A stretch of DNA of 63,125 nt, counting the filler, from Nemertoderma westbladi (taxonomy: Eukaryota; Animalia; Xenacoelomorpha): assembly GCA_032718475.1 (NCBI GenBank). It is 3 parts of 3 records of this genome, joined end to end, with 100 filler letters (N's around TTAATTAATTAA, not from the genome) between each part and the next. Parts side by side here need not be neighbours in the genome. Positions count along the whole stretch, not along the records: positions 1 to 31,306 come from JAUCBJ010006778.1; 2 more parts are not named here. One strand, written 5' to 3'. Shown here piece by piece: positions 1 through 12,230 of the stretch. The notes beneath the pieces are model-generated. The model was not told the origin of the DNA. It did no database searches and was given only the letters and a program-made list of their open reading frames with translations. The translations under genes and the position numbers were made by a program. Position 1 is the stretch's first letter. Every line of letters begins with the position of its first letter.

Positions 1-650
1 GCTGACTGATCATACATGCTGACTGCTGAAACATTGCAAACTCATAACAATCAGTGTTTACATTCATTTTATACTGCTATTTACCGTCAGTTCTTCATAA
101 TATGGTTGATGAATAATTATATTTGGAATAACGATAAATAACCCCGAAACCCAATATTCTTGATATACCGAAGGTAAGAGAGAAGGGTTACAGATAAACG
201 ATTGTGACTTATGTTAAAGTGGTTTGAAGTGAATCTAATGTTATTTGATAGACCCTACATGAGTCAGTCTGTGTTCCTTTTATATGTGACTAAAATCAGT
301 GAAGATTGGCAGATTAGTGTGCAGTATTGTGCAGCATTGTGTATGAGTGAGTCTGTTAAAGAAGCAATTCCTAAAGAATGCGCCATATATGTGAATTATA
401 ATTAAGCCATATCGTTGTGAGTAGTTTAAGTCATAACTCTGTTTATATAGATAAAGCGCCACGTCCTAAAGGAACTGTTAATATTACCGAAGGTGAATAA
501 TATTGTCAGAGATTATATAGTACTGTCAGTCGAATAATACATTAGGCTTACATAGCAATAAAATTAAACCGTCGAACCCAATCTCCCGGGAATATCCAGC
601 GGGTGAATGATCGCGCACAGATTGGTTTCGACTAGTGTAGTGAATCAAAT

Positions 651-738
651 ACTTGTCATAGACTAAAAACCGATTTAATATCTAGAAGACATCTTAATTT
701 GGTGGGTTAAACTGCCAAAGGTCTGAAAGCGCGAACAA
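651..738. repeat. Dispersed repeat, related copy at ~57530-57620
   Basis: GGTTAAACTGC(C/T)AAAGGTCT..AAAGCGCGAACA and the preceding AGACAT segment occur in both places. Confidence 0.55.
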
Positions 739-1280
739 TATGTTCAACTTAGATAATGGATATTAACCAGTTTATAAATTTATTGATGTCGCACGAAGGC
801 TGCCCGATACCGGTCTACTAATGTGAAAAAAACTTTCAGTTTCATTCTAAATAATTTTTGATACACATAGAATATCAGTACCGGTATTCAGTATGTATAG
901 TGAAGAAAGCAATTGCCGGTAGTCATACGGTTACTGAGTTGGTTACTGATAGTGTATAGGGAGAAAAATTAAATGTAATACAAAAATGGCCATATAAGTA
1001 AAAATATAGGACAAAAAAAAGAAAAAATACAATGCCAGAACTAACCTATGAGATAGTGCAGTAGTGCTCCCAGTTTGTAAATTCAGTACCGGTAGGCCTA
1101 CAATTCCTAAGATTATTTCAGTACCGATATTTGAAATTAAAAAAAGCGACTAGCAAACTAGGCATAAAGTGTAAGTAAAGGATTTGGTTTCATTTTGCAT
1201 TTCTACGTCACGTCGCACAATGTCAGTGCCTGTCTGTATTACAGGTACTGTACAATCAGAACTCTCACTCTGACTTGAGA

Positions 1281-1359
1281 GACAGACAAGATTTTTAGAG
1301 CGTTTTACTTTTAGTTTCATACAGACAAGATTTTTAGAGCGTTTTACTTTTAGTTTCAT
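1281..1359. repeat. Tandem duplication of a ~39-bp unit (2 copies)
   Basis: ACAGACAAGATTTTTAGAGCGTTTTACTTTTAGTTTCAT occurs twice in tandem. Confidence 0.9.
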
Positions 1360-1811
1360 ATGGTTTAGGTTTCTGATAGTCTGGCGCCTGTCGTTTGTCG
1401 GTACCAGTAACGTAAAAAACTGAAAAAAGCTTGGCGATTAAGGCCGGTTTAGATGTACGCCTTTTATTGGTTTAGATACACGTGGCAATTTTTTCGGCAA
1501 CGTACAAACGTAGGCCTATACACTATACAGCAACTAGCAAATCCATTTACGGCACCAGTATAGCTACCGGTTAACCGGTACTTGTTCGCAGTTTAAACAG
1601 TTAAACGTGACAATTTCTATTCCAGTGACTTAGTGTTAGTTGTCGCCCTCGCCAAATTGCTGACGAAGTTGCTCAAAAATGTGCCATGTGTAAACGTAAA
1701 CCTGCTATTACGGTACAATACCTGTAGGCCTGCTTCCTCTCCTCAGTGCCTCATACCCAAGGTGTACTAAATAACAGGTCATGCAGCGAGCGGATTCCTG
1801 AAATTAGCGGA

Positions 1812-2650
1812 GGCCGATCGTTTCCCTATTTATGACTTTCATAATATTTTCTTAGAAACCTCTCTTATAGCCTGTATTCTCGCCTGTAATTCAAGACAAC
1901 AAGGGATTCTGTTCTTGCAATTTGGTATATGAGTAAAGGGAATAAAACTCTATCAAAATATTTTACATTTAAATTTTATTTACAATCCCGTTTCCATGGT
2001 GACGGGAATTACGATAATCTCCCATTATGACCGCCAGATATATATTGGGCTACTATATACTACTTATATAATTTTCAACAAACATGCCTGGTGGCTGTCC
2101 TTTATTTCTAATAATTGCTAACCGAAATTTAATATTCTGGAATGTCACAATCATGCTATAACAGGTCTTGCTCTCTGATTGGACAGTTTAGTTTATTGGC
2201 AAATATTTACTTTTAGAAATATGATTAACAATTGACGAATTATAAAATGAAATGTTGGCAATTTTAACTTATTATTTAGACTGACAAACCGAATAAAAAT
2301 GGTGTTTTATAGAATTGGTATACAATTTTAAAAATTTTTCATTCTACTTATTTCCATGGCAACGGGAATGTAAACAAATTCAAATGTTAAATATTTTGAT
2401 AGACTTTTATTTCCATTAATCACCTACCAAATCTCAAGGGAAGAATCCATTGTCGCCTTGAAATACAGGCGCGCAAAGTTTGAACTTTGCACCCGGTTAC
2501 CTTGGCAACTACACGATAAAAATTCCAGAAAGACATTTTATTACATTTCTATGAACCCTAGTCATCATATCCACCTAACAAAAGTAGCATAAAATAAGTT
2601 TCTAAGGAAATATTATGAAAATAGTGCCATAAATAGGGAAAAGATCGGCC
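1812..2650. mobile_element. Nested foldback/MITE-like segment
   Basis: Inverted arm pairs 1812-1859 / 2598-2650 and ~1881-1999 / 2354-2471. Confidence 0.7.
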
Positions 2651-2689
2651 CCCCGAACCCCCCGATCGGGGGGGGGGGGGGGGCGGGGG

Positions 2690-2795
2690 GGCCGAGCACG
2701 CAGGGGCCCCGAGCACGCCGGGGTCCAGAGCACGCCGGGGCCCCGAGCACGCCGGTGTCCAGAGCACGCCGGGGCCCCGAGCACACCAGGGCCCC
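2690..2795. repeat. GC-rich ~19-bp minisatellite
   Basis: Repeated GGGCCCCGAGCACGCCG / GTCCAGAGCACGCCG units. Confidence 0.8.
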
Positions 2796-3099
2796 ACATA
2801 GCCAATACTTCAATATGAGCCATGGCAACAGAGCCAGACCAAAGGGGCTGGGTGAGTTAGGTATACTCAGGGGCGCGTCTAGGGGGGGGGGGGGGGGGTA
2901 TGGGGCTCGATTCCCCCCCCCCCCCCCACCCCCTCCAAACTGCATGGGCATGGCCTGTCTATTTGAGAACGTTTATTTGGGTATTGTATTAGTTTAATTT
3001 TGAGCTTGGGTTGAACATAATTCGATGAAAGGCAGTGTTATAGTACTATTCGCTTTGTACGCGATTAAATCCAGATATCCCACGACATAGAAACAACGT

Positions 3100-3450
3100 T
3101 ACATAAACAACGTTACAGAAACGTTACATAGACGGTCTTTTCTAACCAAAACAATAAACGATAAAATTACCAATTGAAGGAAAGGGGCAGGTTACATAGA
3201 CGGTCTTTTCTAACCAAAACAACAAACGATAAAATTACCAATTGAGGGAAAGGGGCAGGTTACAGAGGCGAGTTTTTCTAACCAAAACAATAAGCAGTTA
3301 CAATACAAAATGAGAAAAAAGAGCAGGTAACATACCAATTGAGGGAAAGGAGCAGGTAACAGAGGCAGGCTATTCTAATCAAATCAATAAACAGTTACAA
3401 TACAAAATGCGAAAAAATAGCACGTAACAAAAAACGGGCTTTTCTAACTA
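3100..3450. repeat. Degenerate ~65-70-bp tandem repeat
   Basis: Recurrent GGTTACATAGACGGTCTTTTCTAACCAAAACAA..ATTACCAATTGAGGGAAAGGGGCAG. Confidence 0.75.
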
Positions 3451-3546
3451 CAGTATTTAATATAATTATTTAACATTGAAAAAGGCAGCATCTGGATTTA
3501 ACTTAAAGATATAATTATTTGTAGGGTTTTTCGCAATTTCAAATTT

Positions 3547-3697
3547 GGGGAGTCATCTCAGCCTAAGGTGAGTGTTCTCAGCCTAGGCTGAGATAACTGG
3601 GGAGTGTTATCGGCCTAGGCTGAGACGACTGGGGAGTGTTCTCAGCCTAGGCTGAGATAACTGGGGTGTTATTTCAAGAGGGAGTTATCTCAGCCTT
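3547..3697. repeat. Tandem array of palindromic CTCAGCCTAGGCTGAG units
   Basis: Several copies of TCTCAGCCTAGGCTGAGA separated by ACTGGGGAGTGTT. Confidence 0.8.
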
Positions 3698-4032
3698 GTA
3701 CACCCCCCCCCCCCCCCCCGAAACGCCGGCACTGCTCACACTAATTTCAGCAATCCCCTCCCTGCATGACCTGTTATTTAGTACACCTTGCTCCTACCTC
3801 AGACCTGTTGGTGTTGGCCACTGCTCATGCTAAGTACCAACAGCTGTACTGCTGTACCGGTAGCGTGGTAGGCCTACTACAGCAACAGTACGACAGTACT
3901 ATTTATTATTGGTAATTTCTGATTATTACAGTACTGCAGTATTACTGCAGTACTGTACAGCTGTATCAGTGTTACCGGTACAGCGGTAGCCTATTATTTT
4001 TGGGTTGACGTCTAACTGTCTAAGTCCATACA

Positions 4033-6612
4033 ATGTCTTCGTCGGACGTAGAAATTATGGTACAATCTGATGGAGGATCGACTCTCGGAACATTAAAGAA
4101 TTTAGATGCTGCCGCCATATTTAAACGAAGTTTTAATGTTCGATTACCCCTGAAACATATCGAGAGCGGCGACTCCCAGCCGTATTTGGCTCGTATAGAA
4201 GATGCAGCGAAGCACGGTTTAGTATCTCCGGGCTTCTCTTGCTCCACTTGTCATTCTACCTTCCTATTCAAAACCAGTCTGGAATCCCATCTGAGCCGCA
4301 TCACAATTGATATAACGTTACATTGCAAACATTGCGCCCCAGGCCGCTCTGAAACTCTTCTTTTTACCAACAGATGTTCCTTTTGGATTCATGTAAAATC
4401 TCACAAAGGCAACTTGGTTTCTGAGTCGGACGTAGTAATTCGGCCTCTCCCCATGGACTTTCCCGTAGCGAAAATCGTTAACTCCCTATCGAAATCAAGT
4501 TTCTTTTTAACTGCAGCCCATCAGTTTTCCCTTCCGATACATGCCCCAGACTCCCTCAAATGCCCATCCTGTAACTTACTGTTGCAATCGAAAGGCGAAA
4601 TTAGTAACCACCTTCAACAGGCTACTCCTGACTCGAAATACCCCCAATGCAACATATGCGACATGCATTTCCTAAACAAATGTCAACTATCTCTCCACTT
4701 ACAGATTCACGCGCATTCGTTGCCCTGTTTCTGTCCGGAATGCGGTCTTGTCGAATCCATTTCGATCCTCACCCATATTGTACACATCACCAACAGATGC
4801 CATCATTTTAGTCGCATATCCGGCTACAAATGCCCTTTATGTACTGTGAATTTCACTAGATTATCACTGCTGAAGACTCACATCCTCTCGGCCCATGGCG
4901 AGGTTTATGCGAAGTGTTTGTATTGCCAGGCAGCTTTTAAAGGCGTCGCGAATCTTCAGAAACATATTAACGTTGCCCATAAAGGTCTCATTGTCACGGC
5001 GAAGACCATCGAATGTGTCATTGGCTCCTTATACAAGTGTCCCCTATGTATGGTCGTCTTCCTCACAGGCGATGCCCTGAAAATCCATGTAGACGACCAC
5101 CTAAATGGTTTGCAGCAGAACCTAAAGTTCTACTTCAAATGTCTGCGTTGCGGCAAAGTGTTCGAACGCAGATCGGATCTGAGCAGCCACACACTCCTGA
5201 TTCACCCCAACCAGGATTCCTTGTATATCTGCGAATATTGTCGCGCAAAGAAACCATCGGCATCGGTGCTGCTGGAGCATCTAAGTTTCTGTTCCGTCGT
5301 CCTAGAAAAGGTAAAACTCCACGGCGTACACGATACCGGCAAATCGTCTGGGGCAGTAGCTGTAAAGAATACACAGACGCAGACAGCAGCGACTCTCAGT
5401 GCGTCCAAGACATTGTCTGTAGTCTCTGTTAATGGCGTACAGACCACGCCGGTAGTGTCTGTTAGTGGCACTCAGACCTATTCATTAGTATCTGTTAATG
5501 GCAACGACGCTCACGCCATCTTACCAATCATCCCGTTAAACAACCTTCCTTGCATCAATACTGCTGTCGCAGCTCCCGTTCTATCTAAATTCCCGTTACC
5601 GGTACCGATTCTTCCATCTCTCAAGGCGACGCCGCTAATACCACCGGCGTCTAGCGATACCATATCCGTTGCGTCTAGCTACTCACCCCTCAGTACCCCC
5701 ATCGAGTCAATTCCTTCCACGGCCTCTAATAATCTCTCTCCAATTAAGAAAAGGTTGACTGAGGAAACCGATGACGATGTTATTGTATTAAGTCCCGCCC
5801 TGTGTATCCGTCGAGAGTCCGTCAGACAGAAGGCGGACGTGTCGACCACGTCGAACCGAGCCACCCATCCCGGGGGGTCTGTTCGTGTCATATACAGTTA
5901 TAAGGCAGTCCCAGACACAAAGTCCACAGGGACCACATCGCGACTCGCGGCTCAACCCAAGCCGCTACTTAAAGAACCCGCTGTGACGACAAAGTCGATA
6001 ATACAAGTATCAACGTCGTCATCGCTACTCAACGAACCTCCAGTCGCTAGTCAGACACCCTCCGGTTCTTCTGTAAGACTACGCAGTCATTCGGGATCGA
6101 AACCTCCAGCTGGAAAGAAGAACGCCTCTCCTCCCGCTGATGTCCGGAAACCGCCGAGCAACATCTGCAAGCTGTGCGGCTTCGAGACCCTGGACGCAGT
6201 GCAACTGAAGAGCCACGTCTCCAGCCTCCACGGGGGACCCAAACCCGGACTCAAGTGTATCCAGTGCTCCGATGACTTCGTCTCGTACGTCGCGCGCGAG
6301 AAACACATGTTCATCGCGCACGGGATCCGGCCCCCTCCGACCCCCAGCTTCCATCGCGTTCAGCAGCTCTCGCGCGAACAAATGTCGCGTAAACGCAAAC
6401 AAATAGACTCGGATAGTTCGGCTTCTGATAAATCCGTTAACCAACCAACTGGGCCGACTAATTCCAACGAAGCAACCAGTGAACCAGCCAGCGATTCTAA
6501 TACGACGACGTGTTCGGTTTGTAACTCTAGTTTTGACTCGCACTTAGAACTCTCCTCCCATATGCGAACCCACGGACTCGCGTTTCTACGTTCCTCCAAA
6601 CGGAGGCGGTGA
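4033..6612 (+). CDS. C2H2 zinc-finger protein, ZNF532/ZNF592/ZNF687 family-like, 859 aa, single exon
   Basis: Long ORF with many CxxC..H..H fingers. Family-like motifs LFTNRCSFWIHVKSH, FLNKCQLSLHLQIH, CPECG and HFSRISGYKC. Ser/Pro/Thr-rich linker, then C-terminal fingers ending HMRTHGLAFLRS. Confidence 0.88.
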   Translation: MSSSDVEIMVQSDGGSTLGTLKNLDAAAIFKRSFNVRLPLKHIESGDSQPYLARIEDAAKHGLVSPGFSCSTCHSTFLFKTSLESHLSRITIDITLHCKHCAPGRSETLLFTNRCSFWIHVKSHKGNLVSESDVVIRPLPMDFPVAKIVNSLSKSSFFLTAAHQFSLPIHAPDSLKCPSCNLLLQSKGEISNHLQQATPDSKYPQCNICDMHFLNKCQLSLHLQIHAHSLPCFCPECGLVESISILTHIVHITNRCHHFSRISGYKCPLCTVNFTRLSLLKTHILSAHGEVYAKCLYCQAAFKGVANLQKHINVAHKGLIVTAKTIECVIGSLYKCPLCMVVFLTGDALKIHVDDHLNGLQQNLKFYFKCLRCGKVFERRSDLSSHTLLIHPNQDSLYICEYCRAKKPSASVLLEHLSFCSVVLEKVKLHGVHDTGKSSGAVAVKNTQTQTAATLSASKTLSVVSVNGVQTTPVVSVSGTQTYSLVSVNGNDAHAILPIIPLNNLPCINTAVAAPVLSKFPLPVPILPSLKATPLIPPASSDTISVASSYSPLSTPIESIPSTASNNLSPIKKRLTEETDDDVIVLSPALCIRRESVRQKADVSTTSNRATHPGGSVRVIYSYKAVPDTKSTGTTSRLAAQPKPLLKEPAVTTKSIIQVSTSSSLLNEPPVASQTPSGSSVRLRSHSGSKPPAGKKNASPPADVRKPPSNICKLCGFETLDAVQLKSHVSSLHGGPKPGLKCIQCSDDFVSYVAREKHMFIAHGIRPPPTPSFHRVQQLSREQMSRKRKQIDSDSSASDKSVNQPTGPTNSNEATSEPASDSNTTTCSVCNSSFDSHLELSSHMRTHGLAFLRSSKRRR

Positions 6613-6859
6613 ACCAGACTCAATAGGTCGCATTTCTAATTCAGTATTTAATTGTTATTACCGAATGTAATGCTGTTTTTTTTTTGTTTAAAATTTTATA
6701 TTATTTTTCCATTAATTCATTTTTCGCAATGTTTGTGGGCCGAGCCATGTGTTAGGGCCAACCAAGCCTTAGCTTAGGGTTATAATCGGTCCTTTGGTCG
6801 TTACTCGTTGGGTACTTGTATTGGTTTTTTGTAGCAATTGTATGTTTTTTAAGAATTCT

Positions 6860-6865
6860 AATAAA
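6860..6865 (+). promoter_or_regulatory. Candidate polyadenylation signal of the ZNF gene
   Basis: AATAAA ~250 nt after the stop; another near 7095. Confidence 0.4.
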
Positions 6866-7761
6866 ATCTCATGATATAACGCCGAGGGACCTAATGTCGC
6901 GTGACCTTATAATCAGTTATGATGGTGTAATTTTATAATACTTACGTCTCTTACCGTTCACGCGGTTTGAGTATCATGAACTAGACGAACGTTATCGGCT
7001 AGTTCAATAAGCAGTCGAGTGTTTTCATTGTATATTCGTTCGCTATTTACCACTTTGTATGTGTATTATATTATATGTCTATCTATCTAATGTAAATAAA
7101 TATAATAGATTGAAACCGTATTAAGTCAATTTCTCAGTTTTTTTGTCCGATAGATAGATCACCCCATGGCCCCCCATCCACATTCCACAATGGAATATTC
7201 AATGTTTTTTTTTTTTACAATTTGTCGCCATTTGACGTTATTCGAGTCCCTAAAAACGTGTCATTTGTATTTACCGATGCACCCTAGGCCATATACTACT
7301 GGTACCTCGTTTAAAATTGAGTTTATAATAATTTATTATTGAAAATATTGTTTATTTATTGAAAACCAATAACATTTGTGTTCAAATTCCCGATCGCATC
7401 TTAAAATTGAATGACGTGTTAATTGAATACCAATTCCAGCTTCACACTTTCCATAACTTGTACTTTACCTAATCATCTCCATCATGTTTATCTCTTATCA
7501 CCGAAATGAAAAACAATAGCATAAAAGTGTACCATACTATAAAAGTGTACCATACTACTGCATTATGGCAGTTCCAAAATGCTCAACGATGTGAGAATGT
7601 CATCGTGCTGTGCTTTATTACATAATAAATACATAAACAAAAACAATGAGAACAAGTTTGGAACCGGTGATTATTAGTCTAATATATAAGCATATTAATT
7701 TACTTTACTGGTTACGTATTTTGGGTTAGTTTCAGTATATTCACAGTTTATTTTCCTTGTT

Positions 7762-7904
7762 TTAGTCCTTGTTTCCTTGGTCTATCGATTGTGTTTGATC
7801 TTCTGTATCAAAAGTTCTTCTGTTTTGCTCAGGAGTTTCTAACTTCCGGTTGAACCAGTGCGATGGATATAGCCAACTCCACCATCCGGCACTCACATTT
7901 TTAT
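7762..7904 (-). CDS. Unassigned gene, exon 5 (terminal): DKNVSAGWWSWLYPSHWFNRKLETPEQ...GNKD*
   Basis: Acceptor TTATTTTATAG; phase 1 matches exon 4; open to TAA at 7762-7764. Confidence 0.75.
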
Positions 7905-9025
7905 CTATAAAATAATTTAATTATTATATGCTGCCTCCTACAGTACTTATAGTTAATTAATTATTTTCCCTTGCGTGTTATTTTCGTTACACATTGCCTA
8001 TTTATTTACCGTTGAGACAGCCTTCATTTGAATATTGTGTACAGGGTCTTTCTTGCTTGGGATTTCAATTTTCCTTCTCAATAAACAAGAATAGGAATGT
8101 AACTCTTGAGGCCTATCCTTTAAGACATTCCCTATTGTGATTCACTTGTGCGGGTCTAGGAAATATATCGTGGTTGCTTTGGGAACCAGTGAAGTATGTG
8201 CGGAATGTATTGTATTGGATTTGGCAGATAGGGGAGGGGGGAAACTGGACGCAATAAAAATTCATCCCTCTCCAGGGGAAATTCGACGCAAATAACACAT
8301 GATTACTCTCAAAAATAAAACTGTAACCTGTAACCGACTAGCGGCACTGGCTGTTTCCACTGACGGGGCTTTGTCGAACAACGCGTCCCTGATGCAGTAA
8401 GTGCCCCTCTTTTGAGGAGCAATATTATTATTGCCGCGGAACTGCTTCTACTCTAGGCCAGACCTAGCCAGAGGTAAAATCCTCACCAACCATCAACAAG
8501 AATAGATGAATCTGACACTTTCCCCAACCCAACCCCCCCCCCCCCCCCCCCCCCGTTCGAGTTCTTTAAATTTTTTATAAGCGTTATAAAAAAAATTGTC
8601 TTTTTGAAATCGCTTCCCGAATCGTGACCATTTTTCACATTAGTGGTAATCTTTTGATATCATTAGAAATTTCATTGAGAAACAGCTGAGATATAGACGT
8701 TCAAAGATTATTACAAGAATTATTGTTCGATGTTCTGGAACATTTTGTTGTATGTATCAACATACAAACAGTATGTTTGTCTACCCAATAGAGAAGTTGT
8801 TGCCCACCAACTCATAAAATAAATAATACGTTCTAGAATTTTGTGTATTTATTAAATAGAATAAATGGCCTACAGCGAATGATCGTTGATTTGCAGTTTT
8901 TTTTGGGGGGGGGGGGGGGGGGGGGTCATCAGTAAATGACACTAGGCCAGGCCTGACACTAGGCCAGGCCTGACACCAGGCCTACTGTAAAGGTCCTTTA
9001 TGCATTATTACGGTGAACGTTTTAC

Positions 9026-9135
9026 CTGGGACAACGGCTTTATCACGGTTAACCATTGTGTTCGAGGGTGGAGAAATATTCTCAATGGATCTAATTTCTT
9101 CAGTTTTGGCTCTACCATTTTCTGGTTGCAGATAT
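9026..9135 (-). CDS. Unassigned gene, exon 4: YLQPENGRAKTEEIRSIENISPPSNTMVNRDKAVVP
   Basis: Acceptor TTCTTTTTCAG, donor CAG|GTAAAA; 110 nt, phase 2 to 1, no stops. Confidence 0.78.
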
Positions 9136-10407
9136 CTGAAAAAGAATTACGTTACAGTTCCTAAAATATCATTTCTAAAAGAACCCATCCTGTGTCATTG
9201 CGTGGTCTGTAATCGGTTTGCAGTTCTTCAGTCTGCCGCTAGAAGGCGAAATGTCAAAGTGATAATATTATCTCGGGATCCCGACTTAATATGTAGGGAA
9301 AAATTGACGTGATGTCCCTTTAGGGGCTCCGTAACTATACCACATGATGCGCCTTTGTGAAGAAGATGAACGGTCCGCAGTTCTCCACTGTGCCACTAGA
9401 GGGCGAAATGTCTTAAAGTGAAAACCTCCCACCGTTTCCTTGATTTTAATCCGTTTAAGCTTAATCTTGGCATATGTAGGCCTACTATATCACAACACGT
9501 TGCGTCATTATGTGGAAGGTGAGGAAGGGAAGGAGAAACAGTTCTCCAGTCTGCCTCTAGAGGGATACATGTCCGAAAGTGAAAACCTCCCACAGTTTCC
9601 TTGATTTTAATCCGTTTAAGCTGAAACTTGTGGCATATATGGGGGCCTACTAGAAAGGACCGTACTCCATCTACACTTTGTATACTTTATATTTTTTATT
9701 ATCTATACAGTAATAATAATTAACTAACCTGACCCACCACTGTCAAAGCATATATAATATTCTACAGTATTTTATGCATACTCACACATAATTATGTATA
9801 AATATGATGCAGTGGGTAGTCCTAAAAATGGCGGGGCCAGCGAGATAGCACTGATGATTCTAGTAAATTCTGTACCCAATGCGTCCTTTAAAAAAATGTT
9901 ACTTTTTGCCACCACTTACGTCGTTTTATTTATTGTAATTCTTCACACTTTTATCTGGGCCTATTTCAGCATAAATATTGTCCATCGGAGCTTCTACAGT
10001 AAGTACCATAGTAAAATACGGGCATTAACTACGTCTTGGGAACCCATAATTAGACCATTTTTTTCATATAAAAAGGCTTTTATAATGAGGTTTTTCTGTA
10101 GAAGAAATATTTGACTTTCTGACAGTACAGTAGGATTGTATTTTTTCTAAAAAATGTTCTATAAAAAAATGTGTTCTAGAACAAAAATATTTATCAAAAT
10201 TGATAGCTAACACATGTTCTATAACATTTATAAAAAATTAGCAAAAACTAGCTACAGTAGTATTAGAAATTATCTATTTAATCTACCGGTATTAATCATT
10301 TAAATTCAATGTTATTATGTTGACAAAAAATTTGTCAAACTTGTTAACGACTTTGACAAAAAAGTGACTTACAACAAATACAAGTTATTTATTTGAGATT
10401 ATTTTAC

Positions 10408-10675
10408 CTATATTTGCTGAAATCCCGTCGCGGCGATAACGAACTATCGGCTCTTCTCTTTCGCGGAGAATCGGCCTTATACTTCTTGGAAGTCGGAGGT
10501 TCGGCCTGGTACTTCTGGGCCGACACAGTTTCCGCCTTGGATATCTGGGCCGACTGAGGATCGGTTGTAGACTTGGGGCTGGGCTGCGGAACGCGTTCGT
10601 TCAGGAAAATACGTCGGTTAATCTTGGGCGATGACGATTCCAGAACTTTCTGTACTTTGGGTGAAGATTTATATC
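10408..10675 (-). CDS. Unassigned gene, exon 3: GYKSSPKVQKVLESSSPK...SPRRDFSKYR
   Basis: Acceptor TTCCTATCAG, donor TAG|GTAAAA; 268 nt, phase 1 to 2; GC-richer than flanks. Confidence 0.8.
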
Positions 10676-11734
10676 CTGATAGGAAGCAATGAAGAAGTAC
10701 AGTAAGTATACAGTACAAACGATATTTTGAAATTTACGTACAAATAGTCCTACTGTGGGGCGAGCGACGAAAGTAAGCGAGTTTAGCATACGGGTACCAC
10801 TAACTCAATCGGTGTGTCTGTTGTTATGTTGTGTTCAATTTTAAACGTTAATAATTCAGCCAAATCTTAATGAAATATATCCAAACTTGGTACACATGTA
10901 GTCTGTCTGGCAAAAGTTTACGTCAGAAGATTGTAGTCCTCTCGGACCGAGAATGTCATCTACTTTAGGCCGGAACGGCGCCCCATACCTAACCTTACCA
11001 AATAATTAGAAAGTGTGTTATTGTTAAAATGTAATTGGTAACAGCTAAAATGTAGAAATTAAAAGTGTCATACTGTCAAATTAGTCACGTTTACCATAGT
11101 TGCCCGTGGCAACAATGCAATGCTGATATTTCTAGAATCACTTGGGACAAAGATCGTAATCAACATTATAAGAAGGCATTGAAATATATAACATTCAAGT
11201 CTCAAAATAAAGTTATTTAAATGGAAAGAATGACGGGTGTGGTTGCTATGGATACAGGTACATTATAATATACATTTAAGTAAACACAACACTAAATTAA
11301 CTACTTTATACTAGTAAAGTTAAACTATAACTTTAAACTATAACTACTTTATTATAAAACTGTAATTATAAAAAAAAACACACAAAAGCAAACCTACTAT
11401 TTTTAACTACTGTAATATATCATGATGCAGATTACTTAAAAAATTTCAAATTTTAATTTATGTCGGTTGCCATGGAATCATACAAATTATATGAAAATTA
11501 TATTATATTCAACATATGTGGCGTGTCAAGTAGAAACGGATTATATCAAAAAAATCGATATTTTTTTATGGTGGATTCTGGTAGAGAATTTTTCGGGCTA
11601 TCTAGTGGTATATTACACTTAGCTTCTATCATTTTCCATTTTGGAATAATTTTACAAAAACTAAAGGGTAATCGCTCATAATTTCTTCAAAACGAGTTCA
11701 GAGTTTAAAACGACACTAGACATCCAATTCATAT

Positions 11735-12230
11735 TTCTGTCTGTCGGTCTGTTTGTCTGTCAAACATTAAGAAAGAATACTGGCTAACTAAAATTCTCGC
11801 CATAGAGGTTTTTTGGGTTCGTGATTTCATTTCCGATGTCAGTTTTCACATCTCACGTAATATAGACTGTCTGTCCGTTAGTATGTCTGTCCGTCTTTTT
11901 GTCAGACTGTCTGTCAAACATTAATAAAGCATCCTAACTAACTAAAATTCTCGCTAAAGAGGTTTTTTGGGTTCGTGGTTTCATTTCCGATGTTAGTTTT
12001 AACATTTCACGTAATATAGATTGTCTGTCCATTTGTCTGTCTGTCCGTCTTTTTGTCAGACTGTCCGTCAAATATTAAGAAAGCATAAAAACTAACTAAA
12101 ATTTTTGCTATGGGGGTTTCTCGGGTTCGTGATTTCATTTCTGATGTCAGTTTTCACATTTCACGAATTCTAGACTGTCTGCCCGCCTGTCTGACTGTCG
12201 GTCATTTTGCCATTTGTCTGTCATTAGGTA
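11735..12230. repeat. ~155-bp tandem repeat, 3 copies (probably transposon-internal)
   Basis: AACTAAAATTCTCGC..GAGGTTTTTTGGGTTCGTGATTTCATTTCCGATGTCAGTTTT recurs three times. Confidence 0.85.

Larger units (their letters stand above)
1758..3790. mobile_element. Non-autonomous TIR DNA transposon (hAT- or P-like), ~2.0 kb, composite
   Basis: TIR CAAGGTGTACTAAATAACAGGTCATGCAG at 1758, exact inverse ending at 3790. 8-bp TSD CTCATACC (1750-1757) / CTCCTACC (3791-3798) with 1 mismatch. No transposase ORF. Confidence 0.85.

Noticed and set aside
2558-2997. Pro/Gly-rich ORFs of 73-112 aa
   Set aside because: Produced by GC minisatellites and poly-G/C tracts inside a transposon.
4020-6623. Antisense and alternate-frame ORFs over the ZNF gene (likewise over LCMT2, RPL27A and MAN2B1)
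   Set aside because: Shadow ORFs of real coding sequence with no recognisable motifs.
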